This document shows, in pieces, positions 39,905 through 53,580 of a stretch of DNA of 64,000 nucleotides (positions are counted from its first letter, which is position 1; each line of letters starts with the position of its first letter). A program made the translations under genes and the position numbers. Location: assembly GCA_026025075.1 (NCBI GenBank), contig JAPEUI010000013.1, positions 124,001 through 188,000 on the forward strand, given 5' to 3'. The stretch is from Vezdaea acicularis. Taxonomy: Eukaryota. The notes under the pieces are model-generated. The model worked only from the letters and a program-made list of their open reading frames with translations. It was not told the DNA's origin and did no database searches.

Positions 39905-41245
39905 CTAGTCTTCGTCCTCAGAGCCGCTCGATATGTTGACGACTTCATTCTCTTCTCGGCCCTCCATCGTCTCTTCTTGCTCATCCTCGTTCACGTCCTC
40001 TTCGGTGTCGCCGTCGTCTTCTTCATCAACTTCATCGCCTTGCCCCTCCATTTCTGCTTCATCGTCCAGGATTATCTCGCTCTCATCTTCGTCCTCTGAC
40101 CCAATACCACTTCTTCGTGGCTTCTTTGCAGCGGGTTCAGAATCCTCGCCACGAGATGAGGGATGCGCGGTGCCATTGGCAAGGTTTGCGGGGCTGTAGG
40201 GACCAGCTTGAGAGTTGGCGGCTGTGCCGAGGCTTGGCTTCTTGCGGTAGGCATTCCGTTTGGCCGTCTGAATATCGCTGTACTCTGCGAACTGCGGGTA
40301 AGAACCATGCGTATAGGTTTAAAGAAGAACGATGGCAAAGTAGTGGAGAAAGAGCAACATGCGATGGAAAGGATGTGGGAATCGATAGCCCGGAGGAGGG
40401 GAAGAGAGAGTAAGATAACAGAGATTTGGAAAAACAGAACGGGAGACATTCGAGAAATCACGAGAGTCAAAGTCCCGCAAGCGTGGATGTTGACCGTGAA
40501 TTCAGCAGGAACTTACTGTTTACCTCTTCCTTCAGGCGTGGTATGAAGCTCTCGAACTCGAGCTGCTCCAACGCTTCAAATACATGCAGAGGCTCAATTC
40601 TTTTCTTCCCGTGTCGTTCGGCAGCGATCTCATTTGCTCTGCGTTGAGATTAGCTTTCGTCTGTAGGCTTGCTGGTTTTTAGTTTATCATGGAGACAAGC
40701 TAGTGAGGCCGCTCAGCCAGGTGGCCCTTTCTCAACCTCATACAGTGTTGACTGTGTCGGGCTATTCGCTCGTCCACGCCTTCGAACGAAAGAGGATTGA
40801 TTTGCTGCCCAGAGCAATGGACCAGAAGACGCTAGACTTACTGAGCACTCAGGTAGTTAACAAAGACAGTTGCGCTTTTGCTCATGGCGAGCATTGCATC
40901 CTTATTTATGTTGGTGTTCGCAGGGAGAACGCCCTTTCCAAGTCTCGTTACCATCGTACGAGGGAGTGTGAGGTCCTAAGATGACACCGGTAAGTATATA
41001 TATCCATTGCGGGAGGTCCGGTAATGAGAAGAGATTCGAAAGGAAAAGTAGCAAAGTGCTACTCGGCTAACGAGAAGAGCATAAATCCATGCAGTAGCAT
41101 GCGGACTAGATGAAAGGGTAAGGCTTGGACGTTGATGTAAAGAATACTGACGCACATCGATGGACATGGCATCTTTGTCCTTGGAAGGAGTTGTTGTGCT
41201 CTCATCGCCTGCAACCGTAGCCGGATCTGACTTCCGTGGAGGCAT
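39905..41245 (-). CDS. DPB4: Histone-fold protein, DNA polymerase epsilon subunit Dpb4 / CHRAC17 (CBF/NF-Y fold)
   Basis: Spliced MPPRKSD..MSID|DLTLPRTMVTRLGKGVLPANTNINKDAMLAMSKSATVFVNYLSA|ANEIA..KKRIEPLHVFEALEQLEFESFIPRL, followed by a long acidic tail; three introns. Confidence 0.88.
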
Positions 41246-42451
41246 CTTGGATGTTCAAGAGAAACCGGATAGAAGATGGGGAATTTGAATTGAATTGGAG
41301 AAGAGAAGATTTAGGAGTCGACTGGGAGGGGGGTAATATCAACGCAGTTGCAATAGGCTTGAACGTGTTGGTGAGGTGTTGGTTTCGTGAAATATTAGGC
41401 TATAAACTTCGTTTAACCATGGGCCAGGGTTTTGATATGGAGCGTACGTCCGGAGTGTTGATGGGTTGGGACCAGGTAGTTGGGAATGATATTCTGTACC
41501 AGGATGAGGCTGCCCGGAGGAAGACTCGAGAGGGACCATGTAGCTAGTACTGCGGTCGCATGCTTTCATGCGTAGTAAATGCATGTTTGGGGCGGTGTGG
41601 AGCCGTACAAGCTTGACGTGCGATGGCCACAAGTCGGCAATCGCGAAACCTTACCTCGACCTGTCCTGCCCACACGTACCCTAAACCCCACATTCTACAA
41701 CATAAGACATACCAACAATGCAGGGTAGAAGGTCTGATCCTGTGAAAGGTAAATGTTTGAAGCCGCAAGCTTGTGCCTAAGTCCCTCATGCTCAGCCTTC
41801 ACCAGGGTTCGACCCCATAGGGCAGGTCTCTGACGTTGAGGCGAGCTTGGAGGTCAGGATCAGATCCATCGCCAGGAGGTATCTCATACATCAGCCTCTA
41901 TACCAGCCGAGTGTTGGAACTGCTGATAGGGCGCATATTCCAGTGGGCCTATAAGCGGTGACTGGCTTTAGGGTCCATGCGTCTTCGGTGCGCCATCCGC
42001 GCACGAAACAACGTGACTGTCGGGAGGCTCAAAGCGGGGAGGCATAAATGTGGCGGTGCACCTAGAAATGGTCGATGCCTCCTCATTACCTACTTCAAGT
42101 ATCTAGATTGGTACCTGGAGCTTCTCCCTCGGACCTTTATACTTTGGCCTATCATACTGTCTCGTACAAACTCGTGGGTGCATTCGGGATTGCTGCCCGA
42201 CTTTGCGCCGGTTAGTCCCGATCTCACCGCTTGTAGAGATCATCAGCGGGTTTTCGCTTGCCAGCAGAACGCTTCCCCACCAAAAAGCCCCACCAACATT
42301 TTCTTGATCAGTTTTGGGCCCGTTTCCAATTGAGCTCTGGCATATATAGTATATCAATCGTCCAGTTGCTCACTCTCTTGGTTTAGTAGCTTCCAGTCAC
42401 TTCATACAACTTAGCACCATTTATCCTTACTGACGAGCTCATATAGCCAAT

Positions 42452-43244
42452 ATGGTTAAGGTAAGGCGTCCATATCTTTCACACCAAAAGCTCGACGATA
42501 AGTGCTTACTAGCTATAGATTACTGAACTTCTCTTCGATTGCGACAACACTCTTGTCCTTTCTGAAGAGCTTGCCTTCGAAGCATGCGCTGAGCTTGCCA
42601 ACAAGATCCTTGAGTCCAAGGGCATTCCAGATCGCTACACGGGTCCGCAGCTCCTCGTCGATTTCGTAGGACAAAACTTCCGCGGCATGATGGTGTCCCT
42701 CCAGAAGAAGTTTGGCTTCACGATGGGTGATGCTGAGTTCGAGAACTATGTTAAGGAAGAAGAAAATCAGGTTATTAAGACCCTCAAGGCAAAAGCTCAG
42801 CCATGCGTTGGCGTTACTCCAGAATTGGAGAAACTCGCAGCTTCGAAGAAGTATGGGATGGCTGTCGTTTCCTCTTCGGCATTGAGACGAGTGATTGCTT
42901 CTCTCGAGAAGGTCGACCAAATGAAGTTCTTCCCGCCAGACCATATTTTCAGTGCCGCGACCTCTCTTGAAAAGCCTACGAGCAAGCCAGATCCCGCGAT
43001 CTATTTGCACGCTTGCAAAGTTATCGGCGTCAAGCCAGAAGAGTGCATTGCCATCGAAGATAGCAAAAGTGGCGCTACGAGCGCCGTGCGCGCCGGCATC
43101 CACGTCGTGGGATACGTCGGCAGCTATGACGGATTCGAGAAACAGGCTGAGATTACCAAGGTCCTCGAAGAAGTTGGTGCAAAGGTCATCATGAAGGAGT
43201 GGTCCGAATTCGACGCGTGCTTGAAGAAGATCGAGGAATCCTGA
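42452..43244 (+). CDS. HAD-superfamily hydrolase/phosphatase (beta-PGM/CbbY-like)
   Basis: 9-nt exon MVK, intron 42461-42518, motif I LLFDCDNTLV, motif II VVSSS, motif III KPDPAIY, motif IV IEDSKSG. Confidence 0.92.
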
Positions 43245-43903
43245 ACTGGGTAAGGAGTTTAAAACATCGTTAGACGGCGTCATGCAGCATGGTCTGTGCT
43301 TTGCAAAGCAGCGTTTCTTTTTTAAAGATTGATAGAGAATTATAGACAAAACGCCCATATAGCTATCTCTTCCTATACTCTTAGATCTTCTTCAGAGCAT
43401 AGGCGAATATAAAAGGAGTTTCGTTGATGAAAGTAAACCCTCGATTGAAATATCACGTGAATTTTTGAATCCCAATTCCGATGAAATAAAAGTCATGTTC
43501 GAGCCTTATCACAACGGACATGTCGCTACCCCTTTGTGATAATAAAGCCTGAACTCCAGAAAGCCTCATATGAGAAAACGATTACCCTGCCTACGAATTC
43601 ATACCTGCAAAACTACTCGGCTTAGTAAAGCCAGCAACTACGAGGGGTAAAGCTATGACGCAAATCAGGTGGGGGACTACATTTCGGAAATGCGCCCTTC
43701 AACCTTGTCATGACCCCGGATCCTAGACATAGCTTGGCCCTCTTCTATATAAAAGGGAGAATGTGGCAACACATGGCCAAATGAAAAACGCGAGCAGGGC
43801 TTTGATGAACTCTCTCCTGCTTCTCAACTGACTGACACCCCCTCTTCCTTCTCCATAACAAAGAGCTTCTAACTGAACTTGCTTTCCCCACATTCCTCCC
43901 ACA

Positions 43904-45264
43904 ATGGTCACTCCTACTCCGTTCACAGTCTCAATCAGCGACAGTGCGATTGATAGATTGAAGCAAAAGCTTGCCCTTTCAACCTTCCCTGATGAGCTAG
44001 AAGGCTCTGGTTGGGAGTACGGGAGTCCGCTCGCAGACGTGAAGCGGTTAGCAGCTTACTGGCAAAATGACTTCGACTGGAAAGCACAAGAAGCCAAATT
44101 GAACAAGCTGCCACAATTTCGATTGAAAGTACCAGTCAAGGGCTACGATGACGTGGACATGCACTTTGTCCACCAGAAGAGCAACGTAAAGGGGGCAATC
44201 CCATTGATATTTGTGCATGGCTGTGAGCTCCCTAATTTTCAGACACAACAGAGAAAACCTGACGCCACCTAGGGCCTGGAAGCTTCATAGAAGTGACCAA
44301 AATCCTCCCCCTTCTGACGCAAGCCGGCTCCAACCAACCCGCTTTCACCGTCGTCGCCCCCTCCCTTCCCAATTTCGGCTTCTCATCCCTTGTTACCAAA
44401 AAGGGCTTTGAAGCACGCCACTGCGCCGAAGCATGCCACAATCTGATGCAGGCTTTGGGCTACACCTCGTACGTGACGCAGGGCGGCGACTGGGGTACGT
44501 GGACCACACGTAACATGGGTTTCCTATATCCACAATCCGTCAAAGCGAGCCACATTAACATGGTCCGCGCAAGCGCGCCCAAACCGACCCAGAATCCGCT
44601 GCTATGGTTGCAGTACATGACGACGCCATACACGGAGCGCGAAAAGCAGGACGTGGTGCGCACGACTTGGTTCAAGGAGCAGGGGAGTGGCTATAAAGGC
44701 ATCCAGGCGTCGAAGCCGCAGACGCTCGGGTACGGTCTCACGGATAGCCCCGTGGGCTTGCTGGCGTGGATCTACGAGAAGCTGCATGATTGGACGGACT
44801 CGTATCCGTGGACGGACGACGAGATCTTGACGTGGGTTAGCATCTGTGCGTATCCCCCCTTTTTTTAAAAAAATTCGGCCTACCACCCAGGCCTTCCTTT
44901 CATCTAACAATTTCTGCTGGTAGACTACTTCTCGACTGCGGGCCCGACAGCTTCAACGCGAATCTACTATGAAACGGAACACGGCAAATTCGGGACGAGG
45001 GCTCGCTGCCAAAGCTATATTGGAGGTCCGAAACTGGGCCTGGCGTACTTCCCCAGGGACATTGGCATTGTGCCGAAGACGTGGGGCCGGACGCTGGGGC
45101 CGGTTGTCTTCGAGAGGGACCACAAGGATGGGGGGCACTTTGCGGCCTGGGAGAAGCCGGATGCCATCGTCTCGGACCTAAGGGAGATGTTTGGGAAGGG
45201 TGGGGGGGCGTACGGGGTTGTGGAGGGGAAGAAGGGGTATGATAGCGAGAGCGCAGAGTTGTAA
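43904..45264 (+). CDS. Microsomal-type epoxide hydrolase (EHN domain + alpha/beta hydrolase)
   Basis: [22 protein letters not shown] across intron 1, PSLPNFGFS, nucleophile [19 protein letters not shown] and catalytic His [10 protein letters not shown]; two introns. Confidence 0.95.
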
Positions 45265-45577
45265 ATGGCTTCCATTTAACATAGCGAAAATCAACCACGC
45301 ATGTATCTGTACGTTTTTTCGGATATGGGGGTATAGATGAAAGAAAAAAAATGAAAGCAAAGCTCGCCCCTGAAATGCAAATTGTCCGAGGACAACAAAA
45401 AAGCCGGTGATCGCCTCGTACAAGTTCCATACCCACTCATGCAAATTTTCGCCCTTAGAAAGCCAGCAAAGTAAAGAAAATTGAGAGTTAAATCCTAGAT
45501 AATTCCCCTTACCCCGATGTCCCGAGCTCCTGTAGGTGCAAAGAAAGAGCAAGAGCAAGAGCAAAACCCAAGATATA

Positions 45578-45596
45578 GCAGCAGCAGCAGCAGCAG
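45578..45596. repeat. (GCA)n microsatellite
   Basis: gcagcagcagcagcagcag between the convergent epoxide hydrolase and RCD1 3' ends. Confidence 0.8.
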
Positions 45597-45830
45597 TCCA
45601 TATTCTCGAATGTAGAAGACATTTTAAAGGGGAATGGACAAGAAGAGAACTATTGGTATGGCTATATCTCGTCTGCCACCTGACGCCTTGAATGATGCTA
45701 ATAAAGGTCACATCCGTTCTGGAATGCTGACATGAAAGTGCCCGTTTCTGAAATGCAAGGTTGAGTATGCAAAACAAGAGAAAGGCACCCAGGCGCCCAA
45801 GTCAATGCTGTATCGTCGTTGTATGTGGAA

Positions 45831-47119
45831 TTATTGGAGGCCCCCTGGGTTCATCGTGTTATCGACTACATTGTCTGAGAGATTGATAAGGAGTTGGGCA
45901 AGGCAGCGCTTGGTGGCGGCATCATCGCGGAGAACGGGCGAGAATGTAGCGTCACGGAGGGGCTCGGGGAGACATTGGCGGAGAGCTTCTCTCGCGCGAG
46001 CGTTGTCGCTCAACCTGCGCTGTATTAGGACGGCTGTCTTATGAATAGTTATGGCATCTTTCTTCTGACTTACCGGAGGAAACACCGTACGACGTGCTTG
46101 AGTAGACGCACCGTTTGCTGCTCGACGAGCTGGGTCACCATATTGCTCAACACAGTGCCTACAGCGTAAAATCTCTCATAGGTATGGCAGATATACGCTA
46201 GGCCCGTGTCATCCAGAAGAATCTTCTGTACAATGAAGATGGCGACGGTCTTGCTCAATTCTGAGCCAGTCTCCATGATTCGAAGGCAGAGGGGGATGAT
46301 CTCCGTTGTGAGGAGGAAATTAATCACATCGGTTGAGTCATTTTTAACAAGAGCCCCAATTACGCCCAAAGAGGTCAAGCGCAGATATTCAAACGGCCTA
46401 GATTTAGATGTGGTGTTGAGGAACGGGTAGAGGAACAAGGGAAGGTGTGCTGCAGATATGTTAGCACAGGGTTAAAGACCTAATATGATTGAAGCTAATA
46501 CCATTCAGGAAGAGCGCACGGGTCTCCACGTGGGAAGCAACGCATTGCAAAAGAGCCAAAGCGTTGCAGACCCGGTTTGATGCCCCAGCAGTAAGCTGGG
46601 ACGGGTTGAGTAGAGGGTACACGGATATGATTTCTTGGAGCAGGGAAGTCATTACGCCTTTTGAAGCGTGTTAGCAGTCTCTCAAAGTTGCCAACATCAT
46701 GTCTTGGAATTGATCCCCATACCGAATGAGTGCCATAGGATAAGAGCTAGCTCTGGTACTTGCTCGCGCTTCTTGCTCAACTCCAGAAGTGCTGCTTCTC
46801 TGGATGGACCGTTCATGAGCTCCGCGATCCATCCTAAGAGTCGTCGATTCTCATCTGACATCCCGTGCTCCATCGGCGCACCCATCTGGCCGTGTTCTCC
46901 AGACAGAGATGCCGTGGCATTATTGGAAGTTACAGCATTACGATTGTATCGCTGCTGCTGCGCGACGGCTGCTGCCGCCGCTGCAGCCTGTGCCTGGGCG
47001 TTAGCATGGGCAGCTTGGTGAGGTTGGTGGTGAGGCTGATGAGCTTGATGTTGCATCCATGTTGATTCAGCCTGTGGATACTGGTGCTGATGTGAAAACA
47101 CGTGCTGCGACTGCAGCAT
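45831..47119 (-). CDS. CAF40: CCR4-NOT subunit Rcd1/Caf40/CNOT9
   Basis: [63 protein letters not shown] and [23 protein letters not shown]-rich N-terminus; three introns. Confidence 0.96.
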
Positions 47120-47510
47120 TGTCAAGGAAGGATTTGAGAAGAAGTCAGAGAAATCCAAGGTGATACGGGAATTGGATTAGTGGCGTGGGGTTCCAAATGG
47201 TGTCAGGGCAAGAAAAACTTCAGACTAAGGTGGGTGGCATCCTGTAGCATCTGAAAATCTTATGCGGCTACTTGGGTTTGTGAGGTGAGATCAGCGTAGA
47301 AGTTAATATCAGACCGTCTGTAGCGGGGAGCGGTCAACTGGTGAAGAGCTTCGGTGGTGGTCGCGGCAGACTGCTCCTAAGAGTGGAGGAGAAAGCGAGA
47401 GTTTCAGCACGAATGTTGCTACAGATAGCCGTAACATGTAGGGTGGGGCAAGTTTACCCTCGCTGCTCGAGGTATACAGTCAGCATCAGTTATTGGATGC
47501 TGTTACAAGA

Positions 47511-48396
47511 ATGGGCCAGGAAGAGCAGAAGGAGGAGCGTGAGGTCCTCGACTCAATCTACACTGATGAGATTACGGGTATGTCATTCCATTGGTCTAAG
47601 AAAAGAAATAGACCGCAGCTCTAATATCTTTCACTTAGACATTTCTGATACTGCATTCACGATCTCGATTAAATTGGATACAATCAACGCAGACGGTGAT
47701 ACGTCAGACCCTCGTAGGTCAAACTGTTTTCCTGAGCATGCCCAGCATATCTATTTCGAAAGTCACGAAATGGCATGCGCTAGAAAGCTCTGTCGAAGAG
47801 TCTGATGTCAAACTGGGTAGATCAAGCATGAATAACATATATTAGCTACAATTCTCCTCCATGTCTCTTACCCAGAGGCCTACCCCGATGAAGCACCCGA
47901 GATCGATATATCAGCTCCTCAGGATGAACCCAGCCATCCATATCTGGACGTCTCGTCCGATAAAGCTCGAATCTTAGAGGAGCTCGCACCGGTTATAGAA
48001 GAGAACATGGGTATGGCCATGGTATTCACACTTGTATCTACAATCAAAGAGGCCGCCGAGCAGATTGTTAGTGAACGGCAGGCCTCAGTCCGGGCGGAGC
48101 AAGAAGAAGTCATTGCGAGGGCCGAGCAGGAGGAAAACAAGAAGTTTCACGGGACGCCCGTGACGAAGGAGACATTCTTAGAATGGCGTAATGCATTCAT
48201 GATTGAGTTGCAAGAAGACGCGCAGAAGAGAAAAGAAGAAAAGGAGCTGGACGATAAGAAGAAGAGGATTGCGAAAGAAGATAAGAAAATGACAGGCCGC
48301 GAGTTGTGGGAGAAGGGACTTGTGGGCAAGGTCGAAGAGGATTACGAGGACGACGGATCAGCGATCGATATTGAACAGCTTAGGGTCTCTGGTTAA
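47511..48396 (+). CDS. GIR2: RWD-domain protein Gir2/RWDD1
   Basis: MGQEEQKEEREVLDSIY, RWD motif YPEAYPDEAP, ENMGMAMVFTLVS, FHGTPVTKETFLEW and MTGRELWEKG; two introns. Confidence 0.92.
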
Positions 48397-50348
48397 ACCT
48401 GCTGGGCCGACCTTACAGGTACGTTTACATGCGATTGTCTAGGGCTTCGTGAAGGTTCATAGAAGCAAGAGCAACGCTAGCTCGGCGGTCAAGCTTAACA
48501 AATGAGTGTCTTGCAAGAAGCTTGCCAGCTGGCCCATTTGGCGAAAAGATACGGTGATGGTATCTGGTACTCTGCCAAAGCTTCGCCAATGGCCATACCG
48601 AGTCGTCTCATCTGCAGCGAGCCAAAGAAGGTATACATGTAGCTTCCAAGCTGTCGATGCAAGACGAATTGAGCATTCAATAAGCCTGCACGTCGTATGA
48701 AAGTGATCCGCGCAATGCGGATAGAGCTTATCCGTGCATCGCAACTTCAAAGGCGTGCTCGACATCGGGATGAACAATGACGTCTTGGAAAGGCTTGTAT
48801 GAATGCGTGGCATGAGGGGCGATCTTTTGACAGCGAAACTGACGCTTTAGCCAAGAGTGCCTGAAGATGTCGGTGTATCGCGACAAACGACAAAAGGCCG
48901 CCATTGCTTGAAGGCTCTGTGATCGCCTGGATTAGCGCTATATCAGTATATCAGGTCGGTCTGGACAACCGAAACATAGTCTTGTGCATTGTATTGTTTC
49001 ATGCGCTCTGCAGGTATATATAGAGCCCCGCCACCACGATGCATGCTCCTTATCGTCTTCGACGTCGATGCCTCTGCCATTTAGCGACCCACGCTCGGCA
49101 GCGGCACCGAACCTCGAACTCCTGACGGTAAGCTACCGGTCCCGCGTTATCGTGTAACCGAACGGTAACACGTCCAACGCTTCTGCGATGTAACAGGTTC
49201 TCGTGTCAGGAAGCGCGGTATATGTCGTACGCAGCGCATTGCATGTACTTATCGTTTCCCTGCTGGAGATGTTGGATGTCTGACCAGACTCTTTCTCTGT
49301 AGTCGTGATAGCGCCATCGAAACGCCCAAGTCCGTTTCGGCCGCCCCTCGTCCTCGAGCCATGGATGAGGACCGGTAAGCTGCCGAACGACCGATCCATC
49401 CGCCGTAAGTCGCGATCCTCTCGGATGAATCTCCTTTTCTCTTCAGTCGGCGACAGCTGTCTTGGCCAGTCATTGATCGGATCGCTGATGGATCTCTGGT
49501 GGACGGGGTGGAGTGGGGTGGGAGTGGACTGAGGTGGAGGGTCGCTAAGCGCCTAAGCCAGTCACAAGCGAACAAGCAGCATCATTAGCAGGGGGACGGT
49601 GTCGGGAGGATGGCTGCTCGTTCCTGAGTTATCCCCAACTCGGCCGCTCGTGCTCGCCAGGAGTTGGGAGGAGTCCACCGACATGCGCCCCTCGCCGTCC
49701 TCGTGGATGAGGTGACAGGCGCCCCGTCAGCAGCGCCTCGAGGTGTCCATTTGGTGCTGTAGCTTCCATGGGCTTTTTCCCTTTTTCCCTTTTTCCAGAG
49801 CATGAGCGGTCAGTGGATGGGTTCGCGGCGATTCGACCGAGCCATGCTCGTTGTGGCCATCGTCAAATTACCCCGACGCCATCGCCTTTCCTGTCACGGC
49901 ACAGCGTCGCTCGCTCTTCATCAAACTCTCACGACGGTCCACCGCGAATTCTCCGGGCGGTCGGCGGGGGCGGCGCGCTGCCATTTGCTGATTCGTTGCA
50001 TCGTGCGATCTCCGCCCCTAACCTTCTCTCATTTCTTTTGGGCGTCGCGGCGGACTGGCCGGTTCGTGCTCGGCCTGTCCAGGCCGGTCCCTCGTCGCGG
50101 GGGGAGAGACACCCAATCGGGCAAGCGCCCGACCCCGGCGGAATTGGCGCTGGTCGGTGGAGGCCAACCGCCGTCGACCTCCCATCCCTTTTCGCCGTCG
50201 CTATCTGAAAATCGCCCTTCCGCGATCGTTTTGCGGGCCCGCCTTCGTTGTTGCTTGTTGCTTCTTGAAATTGCAGTATACCGTTACCGATCATCTCTCC
50301 CCAGTTGTGCACCGGACTGAGATATGCCTTATCAGACGGCTTGACGCT

Positions 50349-53300
50349 ATGAGTGCTGACCCCTCGCATCGAGAAGCCGCTGGCGGCTGGCCTCCTGGCC
50401 CGTCTCATAACGTCCCCTTCGTTCCAGACGACCCTTCGACGCGACAAGACCCTGTGCCACGACCGCTCGACGACTCCGATACTCCTCGCCCTACGAGACG
50501 TCCAAGAGCCTTGACGAATACCGTGTCGCCCGTACGGAGGAAACCGCTTCCTCAGACGGCCTCGCCGCTTGCCATTCAACCCTCCCCCGTAGACCCTTCT
50601 CCGATCACTCCACGTGGATCGGAGGACACTTCAAGATCTCTGTCCATTGGCGACAGTCCGACGACCTACGACACCGTGAACTCCACCGCGTGGCCGGCCT
50701 CGAGGACAATCTCATCATTGCCCTTTGTCATCAGAAATCTTGACAGGTGAGACGTCGAAATCTCGCAATGAGGCTATAATACCTCGGCTCGTTTTAAGGA
50801 GTGCCCCATATTGACGATATCTGTAACAGTCCCGCTCTGCGAGGAACTCCGCAAGTCCCGCCGACTCGTGCGCATCGAGGTGCTGCGACGGACGAGTCTA
50901 GTTCATCTCACCAGACCGATAACAGACCTGCGTTACAGCCATTGTCCCCGCGTAAGCGCATCGACACAGCTCCCAAACAGAGTCATGTACGACTGCTCAG
51001 TGACCCCACTGTAAGCACCATCGACTCTCTTGCGTCACACACAAGGGAAGAAGGCACAGCATCTCGGCCGGTCACCATGTCCTTGTACCCTTCAAAGCCG
51101 CAAAACTTGAAACTATCCTTAGATGCCGATTCACGAAGCACGTCGAATCAGTCTGATGAATCCTACGACTCAACCTCAACATCAAAACCCAAATCACCAA
51201 GCAAATTCGGCGCATTCTTCGGTTGGAAGAGTTCGTCGCCCGGCGCAAATTCTTCTACAACCTCATTCTCGGATAAAACAACTTCACCATTACCGTCGCC
51301 TCTTTCGCCTAAACCCCCCGCGGAAGAGCCTCCCTCATCTCAGCGCTCCATACCAGCTGCAATCGACACTACGAAAGCGAACACATCAGAGGACAGTCAA
51401 TACTTCACCGACTCCGGGCTTGAGATCCCTCCGATAACACCGGACAATTCGAATGAGGTGGACGAAATGGAGGACGAACTTCGACAGATCAGCTCCGAGC
51501 TGGCCTCGTCGATACGGAGGGAGATGGACCTAGAAGACCTGGTGGACCGATTACAGGCAGAAGCCAATGCGCCGCCAGGGGGAGGTAGGCGGACAAGTGA
51601 CTATTTTTCGGATTCCGGCAATAGCTCGGTGCGAGCTTTAAGCGATTCGGAATCAAAGCATGATGAGATGGAGAAGTCGCAAAGGAAAATGGAACAACAG
51701 AAAGCACAACTCCAACTAGATCTCACACAACGGGTTCAGGAAGAGAGGACAAAACGGAAAGTGCTAGAATCACAAGTGCGGTCATTAGAACAGCAAGTAC
51801 AAAGAGTCAGTCATCTCTCACTTACACTAATCGATGATTTGCTAAATGGTATGACTAGGTCGACTATGCGCAACTAAAATCATCAGGCGAGTCTGGTAGA
51901 GTAAAAGAGTTGGAGTCATCCCTTGAAGATCTCCGACGGAAACTTTCAGAAGAACGACAAGTAAAAGAGAACTTTGAAGACTTACTGACCGCATTGCGTG
52001 GAGAGATACAAGAATCTCGAAATGAACGAGATAACCTTCGCGATGAAGTAGTACCTAATCTACGAGCCCGTGTAGAAGGGCTCGAATCCGAGGCCGCTGA
52101 GTTTCAGCGACTACAATATGAGAACACCCGAATGCAACAAGACCTACAAACACTAAAGAACGAGAATAATACACTCATTACAGCCCGGAAAATGCAATTA
52201 GATCTACAGCAACAAGGCAATCGAATAAATTCGATAACCGAGGAAGGCTCTATGAAGCCAGGCTTGTCAAGGGCGAACTCCGTTGCCCGGAGCTCAATGT
52301 CCGGTAGCAGGTCAGCTGGAGGGCTAAATCGATCGGGTTCCCTGAAAGAGAGGGAATCGAGAGAATCACTTGCCGAACGGGTAAAAGACATTGAAGCTCA
52401 ACGAGACGCCCTCCACCGAGCCCTCAAAAGTCTACTTGAACGACAGGAACATCAAAACCGCGAAAACCAAAAGCGAATAAGGACGCTTGAGGAAGAGAAG
52501 AAGCGATTGCAGGAAGGGAACCCCAAGCGCATGGGTTACGACCGTGAAGTCTCGCGTCTACGTGAAGAAATCAACCACCTCAGACGACGAGCGGACGAAG
52601 CTTTAGAACAGAAGTGGCAATGCGAAAAGGGGCTCAGTGGGCTGAAGATGGATCTTGACCGTGCGGAGCAAGAAACCGCATCCCTCCGAACACTTCTTCA
52701 AGAGCACGACATCTTGGTCCCCGACCTGAATCTGACTAAGTCTGGCCCAGAAATTCAGATCAATGGTATGACAACTTCTGCCTCGCTCGAGAAAGCGTAT
52801 CAAGAACTACGCGCAACACATTCCGCTTCCTTATCAAAAATTCGAGAATTGGAGGCTCGGGGTGAGGCGGTACAGAAGGAAGCCGAGGAATATCGCATGC
52901 GTGCGGATGCTCTCCAAGATGCCGGTCAGAACCATATGTCCGAGGAGACCACGCTTGCGGGGCAACTAAGAGCTTCTGCGGCACGAGTGGAGGAGCTTGC
53001 CGTTCAAGTTCGCCAGCAACTGGCCAGCAACAATCAACTCAGGGAGCGATTGGCCGATGCCGTACGGAGGGGAGATAGGGACCAGAAGGCGTCCGCGTCC
53101 AAGATCACCCAATTACAAGCCCGTCTAAAGACACTCGAAGACGAGGTCACGTCTGCCCAAAACGCATCTGAGGATATGATCTCGAAGCATGAGGAGGAGA
53201 TCCGTGTCCTGAAAGAGAGTCACAATGCGCAACTCCAGCGAATGAAAGCTGGAATGAAGTCCGTTCAGCCTGTGCCCAACCCGGCTCTCTCGCCGCTCTT

Positions 53301-53580
53301 CACCAATCGTACACCCAAGATTGATAAAACTACTTCAGGCAACGGCGTAAGTATCAACGAGGCGAGCAGAGCAGATGTCCTGCAGAAGAGAGTCGAAGAG
53401 CTCGAGAAGGCGTTGGCGAACGCCGACAAGGAGATGGAGGAAGTGGTGGGCCGCATGAGTAAGGCCCAGATGGAGGTCATGGAGCTGCAGTCGGAGCGCG
53501 ACGAGGCCATGCGCGCGACTCGGAAGCTGCAACAGTTAGCACGAGAAGCCGACAGCGACGCTAAGGCGTTGATTAAGTAG
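50349..53580 (+). CDS. Large coiled-coil protein with S/P-rich disordered N-terminus (conserved fungal, function unknown)
   Basis: Three joinable ORFs (50349-~50746, 50800-51806, 51859-53580) with GT-AG introns; SELASSIRREMDLEDLVDRLQ and ~600 aa of heptad-rich sequence. Confidence 0.8.

Noticed and set aside
41795..41825. GGTTCGACCCC resembling a tRNA T-loop/B-box
   Set aside because: No D-arm, anticodon arm or acceptor stem could be built around it.
42513..43358. 281-aa minus-strand ORF
   Set aside because: Antisense shadow of the HAD hydrolase, whose + strand frame has all four catalytic motifs.
36959..45264. AKR + HAD + epoxide hydrolase as a secondary-metabolite or detoxification cluster
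   Set aside because: They are interleaved with CUS2 and DPB4, and there is no backbone synthase, transporter or adjacent cluster regulator.
45245..45264. C-terminal SAEL of the epoxide hydrolase as an ER-retention or PTS1 signal
   Set aside because: No signal peptide, and AEL does not fit the PTS1 consensus.
48400..50348. Several overlapping 70-216 aa ORFs
   Set aside because: Arg/Pro/Ser-rich, mostly non-ATG or mutually overlapping, with no motifs; consistent with a GC-rich promoter/5' UTR of the coiled-coil gene.
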